A stretch of 64,000 nucleotides of DNA from Escherichia phage HX01: the sequence record NC_018855.1; one strand, written 5' to 3'. Positions 1 to 9,064 of this stretch are shown here, one piece after another (position 1 is the first letter of the stretch; the number at the start of each line of letters is the position of its first letter). Position numbers and translations under genes: made by a program. Below the pieces are notes generated by a model. The model was not told the DNA's origin and did no database searches. It saw only the letters and a program-made list of their open reading frames with translations.

Positions 1-1
1 C

Positions 2-313
2 GTAGTTAATTCTTTCGCTTTCGATAAAGTTGTTGCTCTTCTGGAATCCGGCAATATTGTTACTCCTCAAGTCCTTGACGCGTGGGAATTCCGTCTTTAT
101 GAAATCATGCAAAAACACGACCAGAAAATTGGACGTAATTCTATTCGTGAAATTCTAGTACAATATATTCTTTCTGAATTTGACGTTGCTGCATTTGGTG
201 TTGAATCTAAAGCTTATCAGAAACATGAAATCTCTGAAAAGACTATCCGTCGTATGAAAAATCAACGTAAGAAAAAATTCGTTGACCTGAAAATTGTTAA
301 GGCGGTAAAATGA
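2..313 (+). CDS. hypothetical protein, 5' truncated at window edge
   Basis: Frame is open from position 2 with no stop before the track ATG at 107, so the ORF likely starts upstream of the window. Confidence 0.4.
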   Translation, partial: VVNSFAFDKVVALLESGNIVTPQVLDAWEFRLYEIMQKHDQKIGRNSIREILVQYILSEFDVAAFGVESKAYQKHEISEKTIRRMKNQRKKKFVDLKIVKAVK

Positions 314-537
314 GCGTATTAACAGAAACTTTGATTAATGACCTGCGTCTAGCTGGTTACGAAGTTGGTACAAATAGTCTAGGTCTTCCTCAGATTGAAG
401 GGCTTGGATTTATCCTAGAATATGAATTCAAACAATGGTGGTTATATGCTACGGTTGACGATGCGTTGAATATTGATTTCGTTGACCAATTTGATTCGCT
501 GGATGCTGCTCTTGAAGCAGCAAAGGAACTAGAATGA
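310..537 (+). CDS. hypothetical small early protein (75 aa)
   Basis: ORF with ATGA stop/start overlap with upstream ORF; acidic small protein. Confidence 0.5.
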   Translation: MSVLTETLINDLRLAGYEVGTNSLGLPQIEGLGFILEYEFKQWWLYATVDDALNIDFVDQFDSLDAALEAAKELE

Positions 538-803
538 AATTAACTCGAATCAGTATAACTGAAGAAAAGCTGGGCGAATTCTATGTTGACGAATACATGA
601 AAGTCACGTATTTTCCATTCGTTAAAGGTGTTGGTTTTTGGGAAACTCATGTATCTCAATTAAACGAAGGCGACTATAACGAAACACATGAGAACTTTTT
701 AGATTTTCTTTATAATGCCGGTCTTACTGAGCTTTATATCGATATCCATGAGTTCAAACGTTTAATGGAAAAAGTGTTTCAGGCTTATTGTTTGCTCCGA
801 TAG
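534..803 (+). CDS. hypothetical small protein (89 aa)
   Basis: ORF with ATGA overlap coupling to upstream ORF. Confidence 0.5.
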   Translation: MKLTRISITEEKLGEFYVDEYMKVTYFPFVKGVGFWETHVSQLNEGDYNETHENFLDFLYNAGLTELYIDIHEFKRLMEKVFQAYCLLR

Positions 804-810
804 TATCTCG

Positions 811-846
811 TGCTTTAAGATAGGTCTCTAAATATTATGATATAAT
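811..846 (+). promoter_or_regulatory. putative MotA-dependent middle promoter upstream of gene 55
   Basis: TGCTTTA (MotA-box-like) at 811-817, TATTAT at 833-838 and TATAAT at 841-846, about 30 nt upstream of the gene 55 ATG. Confidence 0.3.
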
Positions 847-875
847 AGACCTATGAATTGAGCTAAGAGGTACTT

Positions 876-1433
876 ATGACTGAACAAAAACCTAAAAATA
901 ACTATGTGAATAATAAAGAGCTTCTCGCCGCTATAATCGAGTGGAAAAAGGAGCTCTTAAATAATAAAGACCCAAACAAAATTATTCGTCAGAATGATAC
1001 CATCGGTTTAGCAATTATGCTTATCGCCGAAGGCCTGTCTAAACGTTTCAACTTTTCAGGATATACCCAGTCTTGGAAGCAGGAGATGATTGCAGATGGG
1101 ATTGAAGCCTCTATTAAGGGACTTCATAATTTCGACGAAACTAAGTACAATAACCCACATGCATACATAACTCGAGCTTGTTTTAATGCTTTTGTCCAAC
1201 GTATCAAAAAAGAGCGTAAGGAAGTTGCAAAGAAATATAGTTACTTCGTTCATAATGTCTACGACAGTCATGACGATGATATGGTAGCGTTGGTAGATGA
1301 AACGTTTATTCAAGACATCTACGATAAAATGACGCATTATGAAGAATCCGCTTATAAAGCTCCTGGGGCTGAAAAGAAGGAAGTTGTTAGCGATTCGCCT
1401 AGTTTGGATTTTTTATATGAGGATGACAATTGA
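876..1433 (+). CDS. 55: gp55 late-transcription sigma factor
   Basis: 185 aa; N-terminus and central region ([15 protein letters not shown]..., [37 protein letters not shown]) closely match T4 gp55 as I recall it; ATG with GAGG ribosome-binding site. Confidence 0.9.
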   Translation: MTEQKPKNNYVNNKELLAAIIEWKKELLNNKDPNKIIRQNDTIGLAIMLIAEGLSKRFNFSGYTQSWKQEMIADGIEASIKGLHNFDETKYNNPHAYITRACFNAFVQRIKKERKEVAKKYSYFVHNVYDSHDDDMVALVDETFIQDIYDKMTHYEESAYKAPGAEKKEVVSDSPSLDFLYEDDN

Positions 1434-1632
1434 CATCTCTAACTACTTAGAAGAACCTTTTGACGAAGCAATCCCTTATTTGGTAAAACTGTTGGGTCGT
1501 GAATTTAAAATTAATTTTGACATCGACCCTTTGAACCCACATGACGTGTCATTTTCGATAAATGGGACTCCGGTTGAGTATGAGTTCTGTATTGAAGAGG
1601 ATGGACGTTTTTATTTTAATTTAATGAGATAA
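1417..1632 (+). CDS. hypothetical protein (about 70 aa)
   Basis: Track ORF 1339-1632 overlaps the gene 55 3' end; in-frame ATGs at 1417 and 1423 give a short overlap. Occupies the slot where T4 has alpha-gt/47.1. Confidence 0.4.
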   Translation: MRMTIDISNYLEEPFDEAIPYLVKLLGREFKINFDIDPLNPHDVSFSINGTPVEYEFCIEEDGRFYFNLMR

Positions 1633-1633
1633 T

Positions 1634-1957
1634 ATGACTACCGAGATTATTGAAAATAAAGAAGCAGAAGATGCAGTAGCTAAAATGCTACAAGAAATCC
1701 AAAAGAAAAATGAAGCTGAAGCACGTAAAAAATCCGAAAAGATTCTTAAAAAGAATCGTTTTGAACTAAACCGTCTTTATGCTCATGCTCAAGAAGCAGC
1801 AATTCAAAACAACTTCGAAGCTTACGAATATGCTATTAAGAAATCTCGGGATATTCTACGACAACCATATAATGACAAGTTAATTAAAATCCAGTGGATT
1901 ACTACTCGTCAGGCTATTGAGGACATCATTAATGGCGCTAGTTCAAACAAAGTTTAA
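1634..1957 (+). CDS. hypothetical protein (107 aa), Lys/Glu-rich
   Basis: ATG ORF 2 nt after the upstream stop. Confidence 0.5.
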   Translation: MTTEIIENKEAEDAVAKMLQEIQKKNEAEARKKSEKILKKNRFELNRLYAHAQEAAIQNNFEAYEYAIKKSRDILRQPYNDKLIKIQWITTRQAIEDIINGASSNKV

Positions 1958-2138
1958 ACGTCTTAATCTGAACGCAGGGTTCACCCTTAAATTGGGAGGT
2001 CCTCTTTGTGTTAAAATTTCTGAAAAGGAATATCACGACGGTTCTATTACAGAAATTTGTCCGCCTATTGTAAAGGCAGACCCAAAACAACTCGTGTGGG
2101 TTGATTCATTTCAAGTTAAGAAATGGTGGAAACGATGA
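1932..2138 (+). CDS. hypothetical protein (68 aa)
   Basis: Track ORF 1917-2138 trimmed to the in-frame ATG at 1932; overlaps the upstream ORF by 26 nt. Confidence 0.35.
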   Translation: MALVQTKFKRLNLNAGFTLKLGGPLCVKISEKEYHDGSITEICPPIVKADPKQLVWVDSFQVKKWWKR

Positions 2139-2177
2139 TAGAAATCGATTTAGGTATTTTCTGAGAGGTGATTATGT

Positions 2178-2354
2178 ATGACGAACACCCAGACTTCTGA
2201 AATAGATTATAATAAAATTCGTTCCTCTAAAGTAGAAATGATGAGACGCTTTAAAGAGTCTCATGATAAAGCTAAAGCAGAAGGAACTATAACATATAAG
2301 CCCATTCGATTTAAAAGTTCAAATGAGCCTCTGTACGGTGTACTATGTGGATAG
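2178..2354 (+). CDS. hypothetical small protein (58 aa)
   Basis: ATG ORF below the track size cutoff, GAGGTG ribosome-binding site upstream, stop directly followed by a terminator hairpin. Confidence 0.3.
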   Translation: MTNTQTSEIDYNKIRSSKVEMMRRFKESHDKAKAEGTITYKPIRFKSSNEPLYGVLCG

Positions 2355-2378
2355 GAACTCTTCGGAGTTCCTTTTTTG
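2355..2378 (+). terminator. rho-independent terminator
   Basis: GGAACTC-ttcg-GAGTTCC hairpin followed by TTTTTT. Confidence 0.65.
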
Positions 2379-2423
2379 CTTTATAAACGGATGATAGAAT
2401 GAATTAACTAATGAGGAAATAAT

Positions 2424-3443
2424 ATGAAAATTTTGCACTTAGGCGACTTCCATATCGGAGTCAAACAAGACGACCCATGGGTTCAAGATATTCAACGTGA
2501 TGGTATTCGTCAAGCAATTGAATACTCTAAGAAACATGGGATTAAAACTTGGATTCAGTACGGTGATTGGTTTGACGTCCGTAAAGCAATAACACATCGT
2601 ACAATGGAATTCAATCGTGAAATTGTTGATATGATTTCTAAAGCAGGCATTCACGTTCATGTCACGATAGGAAACCATGACATGGCGTTTAAGAATACAA
2701 TAACACCTAACACTGTTTCTGAATTGTTAACTCAATTTGAAAACTTTACTATTTACGAGCATCCAACTACTGTTGATTTTGACGGATGTCTGATTGATAT
2801 CGTTCCATGGATGTGCGAAGAAAATACAGGTGAAATCTTAGAGCACATCAAGACTTCTTCTGCCGCGTATTGTGTTGGGCACTGGGAACTGAACGGCTTT
2901 TATTTCTATAAAGGAATGAAGTCTCATGGGCTTGAACCTGATTTCTTAAAGACCTACAAACAAGTCTGGTCCGGCCACTTCCACACAATCTCTGAAGCTG
3001 CTAACGTCAAATATATTGGGACACCATGGACCCTTACTGCAGGTGATGAGAACGACCCACGCGGATTCTGGGTATTTGACACTGATGTTGAACGTATGGA
3101 ATTTATTCCTAATGAAACAACATGGCATCGACGAATCACTTATCCGTTTAAAGGCAAAATCAATTATTCTGATTATACTAATCTAGCCGTACGTGTTATA
3201 GTATCAGAAATTGATTCAGAGTTGACTAAGTTTGAATCTGAACTTGAAAAAGTAGTTCACTCTCTTCGTATGGTTTCTAAAGTTGATAACAGTGTTGAAT
3301 CTGATGACGACCAGGAAATCGAGATTAAATCACTTCAAGATATCATTAAAGAATATATTGACGCGATTCCAGATATCTCAGACGAAGACAGAGAAGCGCT
3401 GGTCAAATATTCCAACGAACTTTATATTGAGGCAACACAATGA
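2424..3443 (+). CDS. 47: gp47 recombination nuclease subunit (Mre11/SbcD-like)
   Basis: 339 aa, same length as T4 gp47; strong similarity along the length (GDFHIGVK, GNHD, GHWELNGFYFYKGMKSHGLEPDFLKTY, GTPWTLTAGDENDPRGFW). Confidence 0.9.
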   Translation: MKILHLGDFHIGVKQDDPWVQDIQRDGIRQAIEYSKKHGIKTWIQYGDWFDVRKAITHRTMEFNREIVDMISKAGIHVHVTIGNHDMAFKNTITPNTVSELLTQFENFTIYEHPTTVDFDGCLIDIVPWMCEENTGEILEHIKTSSAAYCVGHWELNGFYFYKGMKSHGLEPDFLKTYKQVWSGHFHTISEAANVKYIGTPWTLTAGDENDPRGFWVFDTDVERMEFIPNETTWHRRITYPFKGKINYSDYTNLAVRVIVSEIDSELTKFESELEKVVHSLRMVSKVDNSVESDDDQEIEIKSLQDIIKEYIDAIPDISDEDREALVKYSNELYIEATQ

Positions 3444-3697
3444 CTTTAGATGAATTTAACAATGCTGGTCTCAGGCTTGAAGTCGAAATGGGCGTTAAAG
3501 ATGATGATGGATTCGAGAACACTATCAAGTATTGGATTGAGCCATTACGCGTTGAAGGTAATGAAGTTAAAGCAGTTCATGTCTGCACCGACTGGGCTAT
3601 TGAATTTAGCTTTAATATAATGGACAACGATACTCCTGGCTCTATTCTTAAAATGGCTGAAGCGTGTATTGAGGATGCGTATAATGACGAAGACTGA
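3440..3697 (+). CDS. hypothetical protein (85 aa), 46.x-like
   Basis: ORF coupled by ATGA overlap to gene 47; syntenic with T4 46.1/46.2. Confidence 0.5.
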   Translation: MTLDEFNNAGLRLEVEMGVKDDDGFENTIKYWIEPLRVEGNEVKAVHVCTDWAIEFSFNIMDNDTPGSILKMAEACIEDAYNDED

Positions 3698-3923
3698 TTA
3701 TGAAATCCATCGTCATGAATTTAGTATTGGTGACGGTTATATTGGTATCGTTGAATGGACTGAGAATTACGAGGAATCAACTCCTCGTTTCTTTGGAACA
3801 ATGTATGTTACCTGTGAGTACGCACCGGGTGTTGTTATGTATGCAGAACTAGATGAATATTTTGCTGATAGAGATGACATGTTAAAATATGTAGAGGACT
3901 TCATTCGAAGAGAATACATATGA
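3684..3923 (+). CDS. hypothetical protein (79 aa), 46.x-like
   Basis: Track ORF 3669-3923 trimmed to in-frame ATG 3684; ATGA coupling to gene 46 at its 3' end. Confidence 0.45.
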   Translation: MTKTDYEIHRHEFSIGDGYIGIVEWTENYEESTPRFFGTMYVTCEYAPGVVMYAELDEYFADRDDMLKYVEDFIRREYI

Positions 3924-5608
3924 AATCATTTAAATTAAATCGTGTTCGTTATCAAAACATCATGTCGGTAGGTGGGAATCCTATTGACATCCAATTAGAT
4001 AAAGTCCAAAAGACATTAATCACTGGTAAAAATGGTGGTGGTAAATCTACGATGTTAGAAGCCATTACTTTCGGACTTTTCGGTAAACCATTTCGTGATG
4101 TTAAGAAAGGGCAAATCATTAATAGCACGAACAAGAAAGAACTCTTAGTTGAGCTTTGGATGGAATTCGATGGTAAAAAATACTTCATTAAACGTGGCCA
4201 AAAGCCCAATATTTTCGAAATCTCCGTTGACGGTGTTCGTCTTGATGAATCTGCCAGCAGTCGTGACTTCCAAGAAGAATTTGAACGTAGCATCGGAATG
4301 TCATACGCGTCTTTTAAACAAATCGTTGTGCTTGGGACGGCAGGGTATACCCCTTTCATGGCTCTTAGCACCCCTGCTCGTAGAAAACTTGTCGAAGACC
4401 TTTTAGAAGTCGGCACACTCGCTGAAATGGATAAAATCAATAAGTCTCAAGTTCGAGAACTTAATTCCCAGGGACAAGTTCTCGATGCCAAGAAAGACGG
4501 TGTTATCCAACAAATTAAGATTTATAACGAGAATATCGAACGTCAAAAGAAATTATCTGGTGATAATGTAGCGCGTCTACAGAATATGTATGACGACCTA
4601 GCCAAAGAAGCTCGTTCATTAAAAGCAGAAATCGAAGAAGCTAATGAGCGACTACTTAATATCGTTCTTGATGAAGACCCTACTGAGGCATTCAACAAGA
4701 TAGGACAAGAAGCATTCTTGATTAAATCTAAAATTGACTCATATAACAAAGTTATTAAGATGTATCATGATGGTGGTACATGTCCTACTTGTGCATCACA
4801 GTTGCACCAGGGTGATCCTATTGTCTCTAAGATTACCGATAAGCTTCATGAATGTAATCACTCATTCGAGCAACTTACATGTCACAGAGATAATCTGAGT
4901 GTCCTAGTGGACGAATATAGAGCTAATGTTAAGACTAAACAGGACCTTGCATCTGATATTCGTACCAAGAAACAAGCAATGATTGCCACTATTGATAAAG
5001 CTAAGAAAGTTAAAGCTGCAATAGAACAAGCCTCGGCGGAATTTATCGACCATGCTGATGAGATAGCTTTGCTTCAAAAAGAACTTGATAAAATCATTAA
5101 AACAAAATCAGATATCGTTCTTGAAAAATATCATCGTGGTATTATCACAGATATGTTAAAAGATTCTGGTATTAAAGGTGCTATCATTAAAAAATATGTG
5201 CCTCTGTTCAACAAGCAGATTAACCATTATCTTAAAATCATGGAAGCTGATTACGTGTTTTCTATTGACGAAGAATTCAATGAATCTATAAAATCACGTG
5301 GTCGTGAAGATTTTAGTTATGCTTCATTTAGTCAAGGTGAAAAGGCACGTATCGATATCGCATTGTTGTTTACATGGCGAGATATTGCTGAAAAGGTCTC
5401 TGGTGTTAGAATCAATACGTTAATTATGGACGAAGTCATGGATTCCGCGACTGATTCTGAAGGTATTAAAGCTATTTCAACAATTCTTAACTCTCTAACC
5501 GATGCAAACGTGTTTATAATTAGTCACAGAGACCATGACCCACAAGCTTATGGACAGCATCTTCAAATGAGCAAAGTTGGACGATTTACGGTAATGACTG
5601 TTTCATAA
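3920..5608 (+). CDS. 46: gp46 recombination nuclease ATPase subunit (Rad50/SbcC-like)
   Basis: 562 aa versus 560 in T4; Walker A GKNGGGKST, central coiled-coil region, CPTC zinc hook, C-terminal D-loop/Walker B (LIMDEVMDS). Confidence 0.9.
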   Translation: MKSFKLNRVRYQNIMSVGGNPIDIQLDKVQKTLITGKNGGGKSTMLEAITFGLFGKPFRDVKKGQIINSTNKKELLVELWMEFDGKKYFIKRGQKPNIFEISVDGVRLDESASSRDFQEEFERSIGMSYASFKQIVVLGTAGYTPFMALSTPARRKLVEDLLEVGTLAEMDKINKSQVRELNSQGQVLDAKKDGVIQQIKIYNENIERQKKLSGDNVARLQNMYDDLAKEARSLKAEIEEANERLLNIVLDEDPTEAFNKIGQEAFLIKSKIDSYNKVIKMYHDGGTCPTCASQLHQGDPIVSKITDKLHECNHSFEQLTCHRDNLSVLVDEYRANVKTKQDLASDIRTKKQAMIATIDKAKKVKAAIEQASAEFIDHADEIALLQKELDKIIKTKSDIVLEKYHRGIITDMLKDSGIKGAIIKKYVPLFNKQINHYLKIMEADYVFSIDEEFNESIKSRGREDFSYASFSQGEKARIDIALLFTWRDIAEKVSGVRINTLIMDEVMDSATDSEGIKAISTILNSLTDANVFIISHRDHDPQAYGQHLQMSKVGRFTVMTVS

Positions 5609-5662
5609 ACGCTTTAACACGATGTGGTTATAATGACCACATCAAATTAAATGGAGAACAAC

Positions 5663-5851
5663 ATGGAGTATTCAACCGGTCAACATCTTCTCGTTGTCCC
5701 TGAAATTAAAAAATATGTTTTGACCAATACGTTTTCAGGTGAAGAACATATTGTTACTGAACAAATGCTCAAATCTGCTTTTAAAGATGAGTATAATAAA
5801 ATAATGTCTAATCGCAATTCCGCATGGACAGTTACCGACTTCTACGAATAA
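5663..5851 (+). CDS. hypothetical protein (62 aa), gp45.2-like by position
   Basis: Track ORF trimmed to the ATG preceded by a GGAG ribosome-binding site; size and position match T4 45.2. Confidence 0.45.
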   Translation: MEYSTGQHLLVVPEIKKYVLTNTFSGEEHIVTEQMLKSAFKDEYNKIMSNRNSAWTVTDFYE

Positions 5852-5863
5852 GAGAGAAATAAT

Positions 5864-6280
5864 ATGTTTACTACTGCTAAAGGTTTCACTGCTGCTGATC
5901 TGAAAGTTACTTCTATCCGTACTGACGCTAACCCACATAACCATAATCGTGTTCGTAAAGCATGGGTCCTGCATTGTGATGACGCAAGTGCTAAAAAACT
6001 CCAATCTTTGCCACAAGAAACTCGTTTTATGATTTATGGTTTTATTGATAACGATGTATCTGATATGTGGATTCATCTGATGCGTAAGCACTATAAAGAT
6101 TCTATTGAAGCCGGCGGAAAAATCGTTCTTGATAAAGATGGTTCTGAGCGTCTGGAAGATCTCTACTGTGTTGATGCCGACGAACAACTAATTGCAGCTG
6201 GCGAAATTGTTGCTTCTAAAATTCCAGAATATATTGAATCACTGCCTGAAGCTATTAAAAAGCAGATGGTTGCTGCATAA
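5864..6280 (+). CDS. rpbA: RpbA-like RNA polymerase-binding protein (by synteny)
   Basis: 138-aa ORF between the 45.2-like ORF and gene 45, as rpbA is in T4; ATG with GAGAG ribosome-binding site. No sequence memory to confirm. Confidence 0.5.
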   Translation: MFTTAKGFTAADLKVTSIRTDANPHNHNRVRKAWVLHCDDASAKKLQSLPQETRFMIYGFIDNDVSDMWIHLMRKHYKDSIEAGGKIVLDKDGSERLEDLYCVDADEQLIAAGEIVASKIPEYIESLPEAIKKQMVAA

Positions 6281-6322
6281 TAAATTTGTTATAAACTTTG
6301 AATTGTCTTGAAAGGAAATAAA

Positions 6323-7009
6323 ATGAAACTGTCTAAAGATACTATCGCTATTCTGAAAAACTTTGCCTCTATTAACTCCGGCATTCTGCTGAGTCAAGGT
6401 AAATTTATTATGACTCGTGCAGTTAATGGCACAACTTATGCGGAAGCAAATATCTCTGATGAAATTGATTTTGACGTAGCACTTTATGATTTGAATAGCT
6501 TCTTAAGCATTTTGAGTCTAGTGTCTGACGATGCTGAAATTTCAATGCACACCGATGGCAATATTAAAATTGCAGATACACGTTCCACAGTTTATTGGCC
6601 TGCTGCTGACAAGAGCACCATTGTTTTTCCTAATAAGCCAATTCAATTCCCAGTGGCTTCTGTGATTACTGAAATTAAAGCTGAAGACCTTCAACAATTG
6701 CTTCGAGTTTCACGTGGTCTTCAGATTGATACAATTGCTATTACAAATAAAGATGGTAAAATTGTTATCAATGGTTATAATAAAGTTGAAGATTCTGGAC
6801 TAACTCGTCCTAAGTATTCTTTGACTCTTACCGATTATGATGGTTCTAACAATTTTAACTTCGTAATCAATATGGCTAATATGAAAATCCAGCCAGGTAA
6901 CTATAAAGTAATGTTGTGGGGAGCTGGTGATAAAGTTGCAGCCAAGTTTGAAAGCTCTCAAGTAAGTTATGTTATTGCGATGGAAGCCGATTCTACTCAC
7001 GACTTCTAA
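6323..7009 (+). CDS. 45: gp45 sliding clamp
   Basis: Track start 6308 is TTG; the ATG at 6323 gives a 228-aa protein starting MKLSKDTIAILKNFASINSGILL, like T4 gp45, with AAGGA ribosome-binding site. Confidence 0.9.
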   Translation: MKLSKDTIAILKNFASINSGILLSQGKFIMTRAVNGTTYAEANISDEIDFDVALYDLNSFLSILSLVSDDAEISMHTDGNIKIADTRSTVYWPAADKSTIVFPNKPIQFPVASVITEIKAEDLQQLLRVSRGLQIDTIAITNKDGKIVINGYNKVEDSGLTRPKYSLTLTDYDGSNNFNFVINMANMKIQPGNYKVMLWGAGDKVAAKFESSQVSYVIAMEADSTHDF

Positions 7010-7012
7010 GTC

Positions 7013-7039
7013 AAAGCTTTACGTTTAATGTAGTACTAT
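7013..7039 (+). promoter_or_regulatory. putative middle promoter upstream of gene 44
   Basis: AAAGCTTTA (MotA-box-like, one mismatch) followed 12 nt later by TACTAT. Confidence 0.25.
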
Positions 7040-7084
7040 TATGGAGGAGAAATCCTCCAGTTTAATGATAATGAGGAAAATTAC

Positions 7085-8047
7085 ATGATTACTATCAATT
7101 CCAAAGAACACATTCTAGAACAGAAATATCGTCCTTCTTCCATTGACGAATGTATTCTGCCTGCGTATGACCATGAAACATTCAAGTCTTTAGTATCTAA
7201 AGGAAAACTTCCTCATATTATTTTGCACTCTCCTTCTCCTGGTACAGGTAAAACAACCGTAGCAAAAGCATTATGTAATGATATCAATGCCGAAATGATG
7301 TTCGTCAACGGTTCTGATTGTAAGATTGATTTTGTGCGTGGTCCGTTAACTGCATTCGCTCGTTCAGTCTCAATGGAAGGCAAGCCGAAAGTTATCGTTA
7401 TCGATGAATTTGACCGTAGCGGCCTCGCCGAATCACAACGTCACCTTCGTACGTTTATGGAAGAATTCTCTAGTAACTGTTCTATTATTATTACTGCTAA
7501 CAACATCGATGGAATTATTGAACCATTACGTAGTCGTTGTCGAGTTATCGAATTCGGACGTCCAACCGAAGAAGATAAAATCTCGATGATGAAGAAAATG
7601 ATTCATCGTATGGTTGAAATCTGTAAGAATGAAAATATCGAAATCGCTGATATGAAAGTTGTTGCAGCTCTGGTTAAAAAGAACTTCCCGGACTTTCGTC
7701 GTACAATTGGTCAATTAGACCAGTACTCGTCTAAAGGTGTTCTTGATGCAGGTATTCTGTCTATCGTAACTAATGACCGTGGCACAGTCTCTGATGTTAT
7801 CGAAGCAATGAAGAACAAAGATATCAAACAACTTCGTGCATTAGCTCCAAAATATGCCGCAGATTATTCATGGTTCATCGATAAATTAGTTTCAGAATGT
7901 TATGACCAAGTTGCACCTGGTAAAAGTATTATTTCGCTTTATGAAATTGCAGGCGAAAACAATAAGTTTCATGGATTAGCAAGTAATATTGAATTACATG
8001 TTATGTATATGCTTCTTCAATTGACTTGTGAACTGACTTGGAAATAA
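7085..8047 (+). CDS. 44: gp44 clamp-loader ATPase subunit
   Basis: 320 aa; AAA+ motifs ([10 protein letters not shown] Walker A, VIVIDEFD Walker B, SRC motif) and T4 gp44-like N-terminus. Confidence 0.9.
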   Translation: MITINSKEHILEQKYRPSSIDECILPAYDHETFKSLVSKGKLPHIILHSPSPGTGKTTVAKALCNDINAEMMFVNGSDCKIDFVRGPLTAFARSVSMEGKPKVIVIDEFDRSGLAESQRHLRTFMEEFSSNCSIIITANNIDGIIEPLRSRCRVIEFGRPTEEDKISMMKKMIHRMVEICKNENIEIADMKVVAALVKKNFPDFRRTIGQLDQYSSKGVLDAGILSIVTNDRGTVSDVIEAMKNKDIKQLRALAPKYAADYSWFIDKLVSECYDQVAPGKSIISLYEIAGENNKFHGLASNIELHVMYMLLQLTCELTWK

Positions 8048-8048
8048 T

Positions 8049-8612
8049 ATGAACTTATTCGATGATGACGTCCAGCTTAACGAGCACCAAATTGCATGGA
8101 AGTCTAATGACGCTGATGCGATTCAAAAATGTGCTGATATGTTTAAAGAAAAACCTGAGAATGAATTCTTTAAAATCATTAATGCTATTAATGAAAAGAA
8201 ATCTATGTCAATTGCTCAGGTCGACTACTCAAAATTTATGGTTGAGAACTCATTATCCCAGTTCCCAGAATGTATGCCAGCTGTTTACATGATGAACTTA
8301 GTCGGTTCTGAATTAAGTGATGAAGCGCACTTCAACTATATGATGGCGGCAATTCCGCGTGGTCGTCGATTCTCTAAATGGGCTAAACTAGTCGAAGACA
8401 CTTCAGAGTTACTAGTTATCAAACTGTTGATGAAACATTACACAATCAACATGAATGATGCTACTGAGTATAAGCGGCTCCTTGAAAAAAATAACAAGTT
8501 GCCAATAGTCCTTAAAGAACTGAAGGCCATGGTCACTGATGAGTTTCTCAAAGAAGTTACAAAAAATGTGAAAGAACAAAAACAATTTAAAAAATTAGCA
8601 TTGGAATGGTAA
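8049..8612 (+). CDS. 62: gp62 clamp-loader subunit
   Basis: 187 aa, same as T4 gp62; immediately downstream of gene 44 with 1-nt spacing. Confidence 0.85.
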   Translation: MNLFDDDVQLNEHQIAWKSNDADAIQKCADMFKEKPENEFFKIINAINEKKSMSIAQVDYSKFMVENSLSQFPECMPAVYMMNLVGSELSDEAHFNYMMAAIPRGRRFSKWAKLVEDTSELLVIKLLMKHYTINMNDATEYKRLLEKNNKLPIVLKELKAMVTDEFLKEVTKNVKEQKQFKKLALEW

Positions 8613-8614
8613 AA

Positions 8615-8983
8615 ATGATTGAAATTAAATTGAAGAACCCTGAAGATTTTCTGAAAGTCAAAGAGACTTTGACCCGTATGGGCATCGCTAATAACAAGGA
8701 TAAAGTCCTTTACCAGTCTTGTCATATCCTCCAAAAGCAAGGTAAGTACTATATCGTCCACTTTAAAGAAATGCTGCGTATGGACGGACGTCAGGTTGAT
8801 ATTGATGGTGAAGACTATCAGCGACGTGATTCGATTGCTCAGTTGCTTGAAGACTGGGGATTGATTGTTATTGAAGACTCTGCCCGTGAAGATCTGTTTG
8901 GTCTGACTAATAACTTTCGTGTTATCTCTTTTAAACAGAAAGATGACTGGACTTTGAAAGCAAAATATACAATTGGTAATTAA
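8615..8983 (+). CDS. regA: RegA translational repressor
   Basis: Track start 8606 trimmed to ATG 8615, giving 122 aa as in T4 RegA; MIEIKLKNPEDFLKVKETLTRMGIANNKDKVLYQSCHILQK is near-identical to T4 RegA as recalled. Confidence 0.85.
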   Translation: MIEIKLKNPEDFLKVKETLTRMGIANNKDKVLYQSCHILQKQGKYYIVHFKEMLRMDGRQVDIDGEDYQRRDSIAQLLEDWGLIVIEDSAREDLFGLTNNFRVISFKQKDDWTLKAKYTIGN

Positions 8984-9036
8984 AGCAATGGGACTTCGGT
9001 CCCATTTGGAGTATAATAAGTTCATCAACAAACAAA

Positions 9037-9064
9037 AGACAATAACTCGTCTAAAGGAAATTAA
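9037..9064 (+). promoter_or_regulatory. candidate gene 43 autogenous translational operator (RNA hairpin plus ribosome-binding site)
   Basis: AGAC-aataactc-GTCT hairpin (4-bp stem, 8-nt loop) immediately 5' of the AAGGAAA ribosome-binding site and ATG of gene 43; the loop resembles the T4 gene 43 operator loop as I recall it. Confidence 0.4.

Noticed and set aside
1056-1337. Minus-strand 93-aa ORF inside gene 55
   Set aside because: Entirely antisense to a well-supported conserved gene; no ribosome-binding site; typical spurious ORF in A/T-rich DNA.
3952-4440. Minus-strand 162-aa ORF inside gene 46
   Set aside because: Antisense to gp46 coding sequence with low-complexity product; no independent support.
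6308-6322. N-terminal extensions in the ORF track that use TTG or GTG starts
   Set aside because: This one and the equivalents at 8606, 23712, 26389, 27240, 28380, 35363, 35617, 37364 and 43822 give N-termini that run through promoters or terminators or disagree with T4 homolog N-termini; the downstream ATG with a ribosome-binding site was used.
8438-9031. Minus-strand 197-aa ORF across gene 62 and regA
   Set aside because: Antisense to two conserved genes and to the gene 43 leader.
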